A stretch of 64,000 nt of DNA from an uncultured Acidobacteriota bacterium (GTDB taxonomy: Bacteria > Acidobacteriota > Thermoanaerobaculia > Multivoradales > UBA5704), in assembly GCA_963770895.1 (NCBI GenBank), contig CAVYRF010000002.1, forward strand, positions 3,424,001 through 3,488,000, written 5' to 3'. Shown piece by piece: positions 21,509 through 31,361 of the stretch. Made by a program: the position numbers and the translations under genes. Position 1 is the stretch's first letter; every line of letters begins with the position of its first letter. Below the pieces are notes generated by a model. It saw nothing but the letters and a program-made list of their open reading frames with translations, was not told the origin of the DNA and made no database searches.

Positions 21509-24500
21509 TCACCGAGCAGGTAGCGGCCACGCGCGGTGATCAATCACAAACGGGGTGAAGGCCAACTCCTTGCCGCAGTGCTGACAGTTGCCCCCATTCA
21601 AGTTCCTCCGGCTCCGCCGACCGCGACGGCCCGCTAGCGGCTTGAGCGGGCTACGTTCTCCGCACCAGGCGCACACAAAGGTAATCTCACGCGCCCAGCT
21701 CTCCTCGGGCCGAGGATGCCACAATCGTACTCCGGTTACGATCGGCACCCCGAGATCAACGTTCCTGAGGCGCACGACGTGCACCTCTCCTGTATCGGTG
21801 CCGATCGCGAATCGACCGCTCGGTCCGAGATCGAGCACCTTGTGAACAGGCGCCGACATCGCATGGACGCCAAGGCACTCGCCCTCCCGAACATCCCACA
21901 AGCGGGCCGTGGCGTCGCGGGATCCCGAAATGAGCCTGCGCCCGTCGCTCGAAGCGCTCAGGGAGCCGACCCGCGCCGTGTGCCCCAAAAGCTGTCTGCC
22001 CGCTTCGCCGCCGGCCGGTGGGAAGGGAAAGACCTGGATCAGGCCGGCGTCAGTGCCAACGGCGATCCAGCGGGCGTCGGGGGAGAAACAGAATGAGACG
22101 CCTGGAACATTTGCGATGGTCTCGCCAGTCATCACGTCCACGAGCACGCCAGCCAGGCCCGTCTGGCAGAGAAGCATCCGGCCGTCCGGCGAAAACTCGA
22201 GCTGTAACGATGTCTCGTTCAGCGTCAGCTTCGTGGTCCCATAAGCCAGGTCGTAAATGCAAACCCACTCGTCCTCGAGCGCCGCGGCCACGAACCGGGA
22301 ATCCGGCGTCACTGCGAGGGCCGTACACCCCTCTCCATCTTGGTTCCACTGCAGGACCGCGACAGGTTCCTTGATGCCGCGCCGCCACACGCAGACTGCG
22401 CTCTGGCTGAGGTCGTCGCCCGCCACAACGATCGCCGGGTCCGCCGTGTATAGCGCGCGACTTTCGTTTGCCCCAGCCTTTTTCTGGAACACCTCAACCA
22501 AACTACCGGTTGCAAGCTCCCAAATGCAGAGCTGATCGTCCTGGCTGGCCGAGATCGCGTGCAGGCTATCCGGAGAGATGCTCACCGACAGCACTTTGTC
22601 GTGATGACCCTTACGTGTGATCGGTAGGCGCTCGGGATCGAGCAGATCAAGGATTTGGATGGTCGAGTCTCCGTTGGCCGACACGAGCCAGCGCCGGTCC
22701 GGTGACACCGCGAGGTCGAAGACGTACCAGGTGTGACCCCGCGGTATGGCTCCGGCAGCGATCTGGTTCGCGTCCCACACCGCAAGCCGTCCGTTTGCAA
22801 GACCTGTGGCAGCGATGCGTCCGTCAGCTGACATGCCCACGGTGATAGCTTCAGGAACATACCACTCCGCGGTGCTGGACCGCGCAACGAGGTCCCAGGT
22901 CCGGACCGTGTCATCGTGGTGAACGGAGATCGAGCGGCGCCCGTCAGCAGTGATGTCGATCGCCTCGATCCAGGCGTTTCCACCACCACTCATGCTGGGA
23001 ACCGAATAAGTTTCGTAGTCGATCGTCTCCAGGAGCCCCGCAGCGACCTCGAGCACGTGAACCCCTCGCCAGCCGCCGATGACCGCCCTCCGCCCGCCAG
23101 GATCCATCGCTATGCTATGGGCGGGCAGCGCCAGCGACAGGTCATGGACCCGCTCCCCTGACGTCCCATCAAACACCCGTACGAAGTGCTTTTCTACGAG
23201 AAGGAACACAGTCGTGCCACCGGGAGCAGGGGAGATACAAGAGACCCAGTTGTCACCGAGGTCCGACTGCCTCTGCGTCCCCGCCAGGATGTCCGCAACA
23301 ATGACGTGATCGTGATTGCCGACGAACGCCAGTTCGCCGTGGCCGGCCGCGACTTCTCCCGTGACATGGCTGTCGCCGAAGTGCATCAGCTGGCGCACCT
23401 CCCCACGATCGATGCTCCATTCGTCGATGCGGTATTCGAGAGATTCCTCGGCAGCGGGACGATTGGAGGACAGCACGCAGATCGTCGGAGAAGTCCAAAG
23501 CAGGGCGTACACGAGTCCTTCGTAATGCTGATGCGCCGACTCCCGGCCAGCGCCCACCGCGTCGTAAACCACAAGAGAATCGCCGTGGTGCACCGCGACT
23601 CGCGATCCATCCGGCGAGAGCGCACTGGCGGTCAAAAATGGTCCTGAGAGACTCGCTTGCCATACAGAGGCAGCTGAGTCAAGATTGATAAGCTCGATGG
23701 ACGGCGGCTCCGCCCTTGCTACAACGACACGAGAACCCTGATCGTCAACGGTAGCATGATCGAACGTCTCTGCTAATCTGATGCCCCTGGGTGGGTCTCC
23801 GGCGAGGGGGCCGCTCAACCAGAACCAAGCGAGAGAGCGACTGCTGAGCGCGACCACCTTCCGATCGTCGGCGGTGAAAAGCACCTGGCGAATCTCTTCG
23901 GAGCCGCAGTCCACGGTCCTCATCAGGCTCCTGCTCCCTACGTCCCACAGGCAGACCTTCCCACAGAGGTGGCCGGAAAGAAGCTGCTCGCCGCTCGCCG
24001 AGACTGCGAGGCAGGTCGGCGTTGACGGCGGCCAGAGAAAGCCGATGGGACGGTGGCGCTCAAGGTCCCAATGACTGATCACGAGGTCGGTACCGCAGCA
24101 TACGATCCGGGAACCGTCGGCAGACATGCAAGCGTGAGATCCGCTGGGCCTGTGCGTCGCCGCAGGAAGCACGACGCGAGTCCGGCGCCGGGAAACATCC
24201 CATGACGTAACGGTCTCGTCGCCAACGCTCAGAGCGAAATCGCCACTGGGCGTGAGAGCGACGCATTGCACCCACCCCGTAGTTCCGAGGACCGTCTGAC
24301 CGCCGGTTTCGAGGTTGAGAAGACGCAGCTCGGAGCCGGCGCCAAAGATGGCCACGCGAGCGTCGCCGTTCATCGCCAGGCAGCCAATATGTTCCCCCAG
24401 CGACATCTCCCGCGTGCAGACGGCGCGTTCGAGATTCCACAGACGCACGAAGCCAGTCCGGTCCTCGCGACTGCCCATCAGCGCCTGCTTGCCATCCAAG

Positions 24501-26653
24501 CTCACGCACAAAAGATCGACTCTGTCCAGCTGTGCGTCGAAGAGCAACTTCTGGAAAGAAGGTCCACTCCCTGCGATATTGGATCGGTCGACCAGGAGTG
24601 GACCACGCCGCAGCCGCTGCTCGATCCAGCGCATGGCATCGGCGCGCACGGTCTCGGGTCCGGTGTTGGCGCCGTGCTGCGCGAAGAAACCATGACGATC
24701 TCCCAGTTTCTGCAACCAGGGCAGCTGCGCGGCGACAAACGACGCATAGTCCCGAAGCCGCGCGCTGCCAGGCGGGCGAGCCGTGAGACGAAGACCCGTT
24801 CTGCGACCGGGTCCGTACGACTCCGGAGGCTCCGGCAGAGCCTCAGCGCTATCCCAGCTCGTGATCTGGGCTGCATAGGCCGCCAGCTCTCGCTCGGCCG
24901 CCTGCTCCTCTTGTGATACACCCGGGCGAGCGCAGTGCCACTCGGCCGCCAGCGAGAAGTCGGCAAGGACGCCGTGGAGCTCGCCCGTCGCAAGCAGCTT
25001 TGCCTGCAGGAAGTCGAAATCCGTGAGCGAGATGTCCAACTCATCGCTCAGGTCCGCTGCGGTGAGATGCCGCGCCAGGTGCTGCCAGAGGTACAAGTGT
25101 TCCAATGGCAATGCCGCCCATCCACCGCTCAGCGGGCGGCAGGCCGCGAGCAGCTCGCGGTGCAGAGCAGGTGGCGCTTCAGCGGCAGCGCCCAGGAGGT
25201 ACTGGCGGATGACCGCATGGACGCTGAACCGACCTGGCTCCGGCTGCCAGCCGCCAAGCAACGACAGGTCATGGAGGCGCCCGCAGAGATCCTCAGCCGC
25301 GGCCAGGCTCAGGCCCCAGAGCGCGGCCGCAGGGGCCAGCGGGATCTCGAGATCGCTCGGAAAGACCGCGAGCTTCACGAAGCGTTCGCGCTCGCCAGGG
25401 GCCAGGGCATCCAGGCTGGCCGCCATCGTCAAGCTCACGGCTTCGCTGCGCGCCTCAGGGTCTCGGCGATCGAAAGCCGTGAGGCCCCCAGCCGCGAGGC
25501 GCTGGTGAACCCTCCTCAGGGCCGCCGTGGGATTCAGCCCGTCTCGCCGGGCGGTGCGCAGCTGGGCATTGACCAGACCGAGGAGCAGCGGCCAGTGGCT
25601 TAGCCGCTGCGCGAGCCGATAGAGCGCAGGCTCGGCAAAACCGGAGAGTCCTCGACCTAAGATGGCTGCCCCTTCCGCACCGCTCATGGCTCCGATCGCC
25701 TCCAAGTCGCAGTCGGCGGGTAACGCGTCCCGATCGCGGGTCGTCGCCAGGATCGCAGCGCCGCCGCCGAGGCCGCGGAACGGCTCGAGATCGGCTCGCC
25801 TCCAAATGTCATCCACCACCAACAGAACCCGTTGACCGCGCAACCTGTCGCGCAGGTCGGCCGCCGTGGCGGCCAGGGTCTCGAAGGGCGCCGGCCGTTC
25901 TCCAGTCCACCAGTGACCGAGATCCCGGATGCGGGCCATGCGGTCAGCGTCGCTTAGGCTGCTACTCATCGTAGTCCATAGGATGCCGTCATCGAAGCGT
26001 GCGCGGACGCGCTCGTCATAGCAGGCGGCGCGAGCGAGCGTGGTCTTACCGAAACCGCCGGCGCCATGGAGGGCGGTTAGCACCTCGCCATCGCCACTCG
26101 TTGGAGCGGTCAACCGAGAAACGAGAGTTTCAAGCTCCCGCCGCGGCACGAAGCCGGCAGGGCGCTGGGCCATGCTCCGCTCAAGCGCAGGGGGCAGAAT
26201 TGCAGGAGGCAGGAGGAAGAACTCGCGGAGCAGATCCGGGTACCGCTTCACCCGCTCGTCTAGCTCTGCGCCCGTCCAGAAATGGCAGCCTCGCTCCGAG
26301 CCCCAGCTGCTCCATGCAGTGCGCCGCGTCTTTGCAGAGACCGGGCTCACGACCACGAACACCACCTCATCCGGCCACTCGCTGGCAGGCAGGGATCGCA
26401 GCTTCGCGATCTCCTGCGTCGCCTCCCTGGGGCCAAACCGAGCGACGCGTTTGCATTGGAAGGCGTAGCGCTGTCCGCCGCGGTAGGCGACGAGGTCGCG
26501 ACCCTGGTCGCTTCCAGCCTCACCCAAGTACTGGACGCTAGTGAAGCCTTCACGCTTCACCAGCCAGAGGCAGAGCCTTTCAAAGGTTTCGGCCGAGAGC
26601 CGATTGAAAGGCAGAAGATGAGAGCTGGCTGTGACTGGCGGCTGCTGCGGCAT
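21509..26653 (-). CDS. Restriction-endonuclease-like + NB-ARC (STAND) + WD40 protein, NLR/Apaf-1-like
   Basis: N-terminal FERLC..DQGRDL..FQCKR, Walker A GAGGFGKTT, Walker B LLVVDDIW, GH..WD repeats and C-terminal CAWC..CQHC. Start codon uncertain. Confidence 0.88.
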   Translation of the reverse strand: MPQQPPVTASSHLLPFNRLSAETFERLCLWLVKREGFTSVQYLGEAGSDQGRDLVAYRGGQRYAFQCKRVARFGPREATQEIAKLRSLPASEWPDEVVFVVVSPVSAKTRRTAWSSWGSERGCHFWTGAELDERVKRYPDLLREFFLLPPAILPPALERSMAQRPAGFVPRRELETLVSRLTAPTSGDGEVLTALHGAGGFGKTTLARAACYDERVRARFDDGILWTTMSSSLSDADRMARIRDLGHWWTGERPAPFETLAATAADLRDRLRGQRVLLVVDDIWRRADLEPFRGLGGGAAILATTRDRDALPADCDLEAIGAMSGAEGAAILGRGLSGFAEPALYRLAQRLSHWPLLLGLVNAQLRTARRDGLNPTAALRRVHQRLAAGGLTAFDRRDPEARSEAVSLTMAASLDALAPGERERFVKLAVFPSDLEIPLAPAAALWGLSLAAAEDLCGRLHDLSLLGGWQPEPGRFSVHAVIRQYLLGAAAEAPPALHRELLAACRPLSGGWAALPLEHLYLWQHLARHLTAADLSDELDISLTDFDFLQAKLLATGELHGVLADFSLAAEWHCARPGVSQEEQAAERELAAYAAQITSWDSAEALPEPPESYGPGRRTGLRLTARPPGSARLRDYASFVAAQLPWLQKLGDRHGFFAQHGANTGPETVRADAMRWIEQRLRRGPLLVDRSNIAGSGPSFQKLLFDAQLDRVDLLCVSLDGKQALMGSREDRTGFVRLWNLERAVCTREMSLGEHIGCLAMNGDARVAIFGAGSELRLLNLETGGQTVLGTTGWVQCVALTPSGDFALSVGDETVTSWDVSRRRTRVVLPAATHRPSGSHACMSADGSRIVCCGTDLVISHWDLERHRPIGFLWPPSTPTCLAVSASGEQLLSGHLCGKVCLWDVGSRSLMRTVDCGSEEIRQVLFTADDRKVVALSSRSLAWFWLSGPLAGDPPRGIRLAETFDHATVDDQGSRVVVARAEPPSIELINLDSAASVWQASLSGPFLTASALSPDGSRVAVHHGDSLVVYDAVGAGRESAHQHYEGLVYALLWTSPTICVLSSNRPAAEESLEYRIDEWSIDRGEVRQLMHFGDSHVTGEVAAGHGELAFVGNHDHVIVADILAGTQRQSDLGDNWVSCISPAPGGTTVFLLVEKHFVRVFDGTSGERVHDLSLALPAHSIAMDPGGRRAVIGGWRGVHVLEVAAGLLETIDYETYSVPSMSGGGNAWIEAIDITADGRRSISVHHDDTVRTWDLVARSSTAEWYVPEAITVGMSADGRIAATGLANGRLAVWDANQIAAGAIPRGHTWYVFDLAVSPDRRWLVSANGDSTIQILDLLDPERLPITRKGHHDKVLSVSISPDSLHAISASQDDQLCIWELATGSLVEVFQKKAGANESRALYTADPAIVVAGDDLSQSAVCVWRRGIKEPVAVLQWNQDGEGCTALAVTPDSRFVAAALEDEWVCIYDLAYGTTKLTLNETSLQLEFSPDGRMLLCQTGLAGVLVDVMTGETIANVPGVSFCFSPDARWIAVGTDAGLIQVFPFPPAGGEAGRQLLGHTARVGSLSASSDGRRLISGSRDATARLWDVREGECLGVHAMSAPVHKVLDLGPSGRFAIGTDTGEVHVVRLRNVDLGVPIVTGVRLWHPRPEESWAREITFVCAWCGERSPLKPLAGRRGRRSRRNLNGGNCQHCGKELAFTPFVIDHRAWPLPAR

Positions 26654-26925
26654 GGCATTGAGAGGCTTCGTCCTGCTGAAGATACAGGAATGTGCTTCAT
26701 CGCGACCAGTGGGTACCGAACGACCGAGGACGGGCGAAAGCCAGCTCGGCTGACACCGCCTTTTATGGCACCGCAAGCAGATCTCCCAGCGCAGCTCGGG
26801 CCACGGACGCGCGCCGTAGTGCACAGGCCCTCGTATACCTGCTCGCTGTGGTCGGTGGCGGTGGCAGCGCTCGCGGCGCGCTCGAGCAGGTGAGCGCTAA
26901 GGCCCAGGCCGCAGAAACACGCCAG

Positions 26926-27531
26926 TTATTGGGAGAGTTGCGCTGCGAAATGCGAGAGCAGATGCTTCTGGCGGGCTGCCACCTTCTCGAAGAAGGCGCG
27001 ACCCGCAATGGTTAGGGAATGCCGCCCCTCATGGACCTCGGAGAAGTCGAGGTCCGCGAGTTGCGCTAGCACCTTTTCCACCTCTCTGGCCATGGCCAGA
27101 AGGACGAACGCCGCCTGGCGCGCCCGATCCATCTGTGGAGAGAAGGTTCTGAGGACGGTTTCCAGAAGATCATCCATAGTCAGCCCGTCGCGAGGAGCCT
27201 TCAACAGGCTCACACCGACGATATCGGCGAGAGGGTTATTTAGCTCGGGGATGGCCAGGGATATCCTGCCCGCCTTCTCCTTGGCAGCCTTGTCATCTGA
27301 AGACATTGCAAGAAGCTGCTGCTGTTCGACCTTGAGTTCCTTTGCCGTGCCCGAGAACTCGACCGCTCCACCAAATGCTCCAACCTTCACCGTCTCGGCG
27401 GATGCCAGCCGATCGCCAACGGCAGTCAGGATCCGCACGATGCTCGCGCGGAATCGGAACACGATCAGGAGCACAATCAGAGGCCAGGCAAGCGCCTTCA
27501 GATACTCGAGGACCAGCTTTGCCAGCTCCAT
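26926..27531 (-). CDS. Hypothetical protein with N-terminal TM helix and possible C-terminal winged helix
   Basis: [17 protein letters not shown] segment and terminal [11 protein letters not shown]. Confidence 0.65.
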   Translation of the reverse strand: MELAKLVLEYLKALAWPLIVLLIVFRFRASIVRILTAVGDRLASAETVKVGAFGGAVEFSGTAKELKVEQQQLLAMSSDDKAAKEKAGRISLAIPELNNPLADIVGVSLLKAPRDGLTMDDLLETVLRTFSPQMDRARQAAFVLLAMAREVEKVLAQLADLDFSEVHEGRHSLTIAGRAFFEKVAARQKHLLSHFAAQLSQ

Positions 27532-27663
27532 GGCTGGTACCCCTACCATGTTTGTCGGCACACCGCGCGGGTTCGCGGTGACGCCGCATGGGGCGCAGAA
27601 CACGAGCGGCCGGGCAGGCTGGACGTTCCCGCGGAAGAGGAGCGACTCGGCCAGCGGGTCAAT

Positions 27664-27854
27664 TCAGGTTGGCTCGCAGTCGGAGCTGACGACGTAGCCG
27701 ATCGCCTTGACGACCTCCCGCCATGCCATCTCGTCGAGCACACCGATCCGGCCGGCACCTGCCCGGCCTCGGGAAAGTCGGCAACCAGGCGCGGAGGGCC
27801 GCCATGCATCTCGTCGAGTGCCCGCTGCTGCCGCTCGGTCAAGCGAATGGACAT
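27664..27854 (-). pseudogene. Probable toxin-antitoxin relic (antitoxin-like start fused to PemK-like tail)
   Basis: [14 protein letters not shown] in one frame and [20 protein letters not shown] in another, with an internal ~20-bp direct repeat. Confidence 0.3.
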
Positions 27855-28251
27855 GGTCCATTATCGCTCGATCCAGGAAGCGCGGCGCATTGCGCCGGGC
27901 GGCCGAGAGAGCGCGCGGCCCGCGTGCCAGGCGATCTTGCAGGTTCCCTGCTCGCCGCCACCTCGGAACGGCAGAGTGGCAGAGTGCGGGCGAATCCCGG
28001 CGGGTCGTGGGCAGGGGGATCGAGTCTCATCGCTCCAAGGAGTCGAGCCATCGCTCGAAGGCCGCCTAGGTCCGCGACTACCCGGGGATCGTCGCGCCAC
28101 GCTCTGGGCGGCCACCGTACTCGGTCTCACTGGCAGCCCTGTTGGAAGCATAGTGCTCAACGATGAGCTCAACGTTTCAAACCAGCCCCGCACGGGCTCC
28201 TTTGCGCGGGTAGACGAGAGGATGCGGCTTCGTGGTGCTACTGTCCTCCGT

Positions 28252-29241
28252 ATGAGCTCACTCCAGCGTCTGGTCGGATCGGCGGTGGTGGCAGGCCTTC
28301 TCGCGCTCCCTCTCGATTCGCCGGCGCAGCCCACGGCGCCCCCTCGTCCCGCCGCTACTGCCACCGCCGGAGCGATTGCGCCGCCGCAACCCGGCACGAT
28401 GGCGGCGGTGCTCGGGGCGTCTCAGCCGAGTGACTGGCGCCCCCTTGACCCCGAGAACACTCTCTACCTTGACGTCGCCGCCGGCCGGGTCGTCATCGAG
28501 CTCGCGGCGGCGTTCGCTCCGCACTACGTCGCCAACGTCAAGGCACTGGTCCGCTCCGGCTACTTCGACGGTCTGGCGGTGGTCCGCTCTCAGGACAACT
28601 ACGTAGTCCAGTGGGCCGATCCCCACGCCGACGAGCCCGCCAAGGCTCGGGCTCTCGGAACTGCGCAACGGAGCTTACGCGCCGAGATGGACCGCCCGAT
28701 CACCGCCGATCTCCCGTTCACCCCTCTCGCCGATGGCGATGTCTACGCGTCGCAGGTCGGGCATTCGCTGGGCTTTCCAGTGGCGCGCGATCCCGGTGCG
28801 GGCAGGACCTGGCTCGCCCACTGCTACGGCATGGTCGGCGCCGGGCGCGGCGACACTCTTGACGCCAGCGGCACCGAGCTCTATGTCGTGATCGGGCACA
28901 GCCCGCGCCATCTCGACCGCAACGTGACCTTGCTCGGGCGAGTCGTCCAGGGCATGGAGCTCCTTTCGCCACTGCCTCGCGGTACCGGCCCCATGGGCTT
29001 CTACGCCGAGGGACAGGAGCTCCCGTCGATCCGGTCGGTGCGCGTCGCCGCAGACCTCCCCGAGGCGCAGCGCCTCCATCTGGAGGCCCTGAGGACCGAT
29101 ACACCCACCTTCCAAGCCCTGATCGAGGCCCGCCGCAACCGCCGCGAGAGCTGGTTCGTCAACAAGGCCGGGAAGATCGACTTGTGCAACGTGCCTTTGC
29201 CGGTGCGGCTGCAGCCAACTGCGTCCGCAGCGAGTCACTAG
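28252..29241 (+). CDS. Secreted cyclophilin-type peptidyl-prolyl isomerase
   Basis: Signal peptide, [23 protein letters not shown] and [17 protein letters not shown]. Confidence 0.88.
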   Translation: MSSLQRLVGSAVVAGLLALPLDSPAQPTAPPRPAATATAGAIAPPQPGTMAAVLGASQPSDWRPLDPENTLYLDVAAGRVVIELAAAFAPHYVANVKALVRSGYFDGLAVVRSQDNYVVQWADPHADEPAKARALGTAQRSLRAEMDRPITADLPFTPLADGDVYASQVGHSLGFPVARDPGAGRTWLAHCYGMVGAGRGDTLDASGTELYVVIGHSPRHLDRNVTLLGRVVQGMELLSPLPRGTGPMGFYAEGQELPSIRSVRVAADLPEAQRLHLEALRTDTPTFQALIEARRNRRESWFVNKAGKIDLCNVPLPVRLQPTASAASH

Positions 29242-29376
29242 CACTCTAGAGGGTTCGTGTCGGATCTCACCCAGACCGCGAGCCATCGAGGAACGCTCTT
29301 TTCATCTCGCGAATGAGGCAGCTGCTAACGTTTCTCCGGATAATTTATCGCGGCGGTGGGGCGGTGGAGACTCACA

Positions 29377-29961
29377 ATGAGGAAGATCAGGATCGCGGAA
29401 CACATCTCGCTGGACGGTGTGATCCAGCCCGGCGGACCGAACGAAGACAGCGACTACGCGCATGGCGGGTGGACGGCACCGTATCGAAGTGCGGCCGGGG
29501 CAGAGGCCGTCGCCGAGGCACAGGGCACTGGCTTCGATCTGCTGCTCGGCCGCCGCACCTACGATCTCTGGGCCGGTTTCTGGCCGAAGGTCAAGGACGG
29601 CCCGTTCGCGGACAGTCTGAACGCCGCGACGAAATACGTCGCGACCCACAGGCCGGACAGCCTCGGATGGGGTCCGGTCGGGGACCTGGGCGCGGACGTC
29701 ATGGAGGGTATTCGCCGCGTCAAGTCACAGGACGGCCCTGACCTGATCGTCTGGGGGAGTGCGACGCTGACGTCCGTGCTGATCGAGCAGGGATTGGTCG
29801 ACGAGGTTGTGCTGGTGGTCTATCCGGTCTTGCTGGGCCGGGGCAAACGCTGCTTTTCGGACAGCGCTGACCCGCGCGAGCTCGCTCTCGTCAGCTCGAA
29901 GGCTACGCCTTCAGGCGTGCTCATCAACACGTATCGACACGTTGGATCGGTGCGAACCTAG
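29377..29961 (+). CDS. Dihydrofolate reductase/RibD C-terminal family protein
   Basis: ISLDGVIQ, LLLGRRTYD, VWGSATL and YPVLLGRGKR. Confidence 0.9.
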   Translation: MRKIRIAEHISLDGVIQPGGPNEDSDYAHGGWTAPYRSAAGAEAVAEAQGTGFDLLLGRRTYDLWAGFWPKVKDGPFADSLNAATKYVATHRPDSLGWGPVGDLGADVMEGIRRVKSQDGPDLIVWGSATLTSVLIEQGLVDEVVLVVYPVLLGRGKRCFSDSADPRELALVSSKATPSGVLINTYRHVGSVRT

Positions 29962-30324
29962 GTCTTCGCCGCCGCGAGCGCCATGGCGGCCGCCGCCGCG
30001 CCGCCGCCGCTCGCAGCCGGGACCGTCGCCGCCGCGCCTGCCACCGTTGCGCCCGCTGCAAACCAGGCGTGCGCTCCGGCCGCCGGCATCCTGGACCGCA
30101 TTGCCACCGTGGCGTTCACGGCCGAGTCCGGAGTGCCGGGCCTGCGCTCGCCCGCCGGCATGCAGCAACCCTCCTGGCTCCTGGGCGGCAACTGCATCGG
30201 CCAGTTCACCAGCTGCTGCGATGGGTGCGGCGGCAACACGCTGTGCGACCAGGGTTGCGAGTGCACGTACTGCGTCTGCGCCGGCCTGCTCTGCCCCAGC
30301 TACTGCGGCTCCGGGCAGAATTGA
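29962..30324 (+). CDS. Cys-rich small protein, apparently 5'-truncated
   Basis: Signal-peptide tail VFAAASAMA, Ala/Pro linker and 11 Cys in the last ~45 aa. First ATG is at 29983. Confidence 0.55.
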   Translation, partial: VFAAASAMAAAAAPPPLAAGTVAAAPATVAPAANQACAPAAGILDRIATVAFTAESGVPGLRSPAGMQQPSWLLGGNCIGQFTSCCDGCGGNTLCDQGCECTYCVCAGLLCPSYCGSGQN

Positions 30325-30448
30325 ACGCCTCGGGGGCTTGACGGAGCCGCGGCTGGTCTTGTTGTGCCGGTCGGGCCGGCCGTGGGTAGCATGAATCTGG
30401 CAGTGAACCCGGCGTGGGTCGGTTTTTCGATCCGGGGGGCTGCCAAGT

Positions 30449-31219
30449 ATGGCCGAAGAGCTTGAGGACCAGGTCCGCGACTACTACCGCTGTATCGCTC
30501 CGTTCCTCGATGGCGAGCTTGCGGACCGCGGGGACGAAGCATTCTGGGAGTGGGCGGCCAGCGAGCCGGCCGGCTGCAGGGTGCTGGAGGTGGGCGCCGG
30601 CACCGGGCGCGCCACCCGTTGCCTGGCGCGCTCGGCGGGCAGGGTTGGCGCTTTCGATCTGTCGCTGGACCTGATCGCGATCGCTCGCCGCCGGCTCGCC
30701 GGCGTGCCCCACGTCACGCTGTTCGTCGGCGACATGCGGCACCTCGCCTCGGCTGCGGCGTTCGACCTGGTGGTGGCGGTGGATGACCCGTTCGCGCACC
30801 TGCTGGCCGATGCCGAGCGCGACGCCGCGCTGGGCGCGATGGCCGCGTGCCTCGCTCCGGGGGGCAGGCTGATCCTGGATGCGGCGTGGCAGCCTTCTGC
30901 CCGGCGCGCCCTTGCCCGTCGTGCGGCAGGCCTGGTGTTCGAACGCTTTCGCGGCGGCGGCAGCGGGCAGCTCAGGGTGCGGGAGGAGCTCCACTGCCAC
31001 GCCGGAAGGCTCTGCGATACCAGGCTTGAATACGCTCGTGACGGTCAGATCCTGGCCACCGCCAGCTACCGCTCGCGCTTCTGGTCGCTCGCCGAGATCC
31101 ACCGGCGATGCCACGCCCGCGGGCTGACCATCACCCACCTCTGGGGCGACTACGACCGCCGCCCCTGGCACCGGACCACCTCGGCGCGCCTGCTGGTGGA
31201 AGCGCGCCGTCCGTCGTAG
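30449..31219 (+). CDS. Class I SAM-dependent methyltransferase
   Basis: VLEVGAGTGR, FDLS, GDMR, FDLVV and LAPGGRLILD. Confidence 0.9.
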   Translation: MAEELEDQVRDYYRCIAPFLDGELADRGDEAFWEWAASEPAGCRVLEVGAGTGRATRCLARSAGRVGAFDLSLDLIAIARRRLAGVPHVTLFVGDMRHLASAAAFDLVVAVDDPFAHLLADAERDAALGAMAACLAPGGRLILDAAWQPSARRALARRAAGLVFERFRGGGSGQLRVREELHCHAGRLCDTRLEYARDGQILATASYRSRFWSLAEIHRRCHARGLTITHLWGDYDRRPWHRTTSARLLVEARRPS

Positions 31220-31361
31220 CGCCGGGCCACCGCGCCGGGCCGGGCTCCTGCGGTGGGAGTGGGGCGGGCGAGGATCTTGCTTGTGTCCATGCGGGGAGAC
31301 GGCCAGCCGCTCAGGCCAGAGGGGGCCCAGCGGCGATTGTCGGCCGGGGAGAGGACGCCGC

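Noticed and set aside
28028-28062. CATCGCTC(C/G)AAGG direct repeat
   Set aside because: Only two short copies with no supporting context.
31266-31281. Possible sigma54 promoter GGGCGAGGATCTTGCT before the PKD gene
   Set aside because: GG-N10-GC spacing fits, but the -24 element matches TGGCAC poorly and could be chance in GC-rich DNA.
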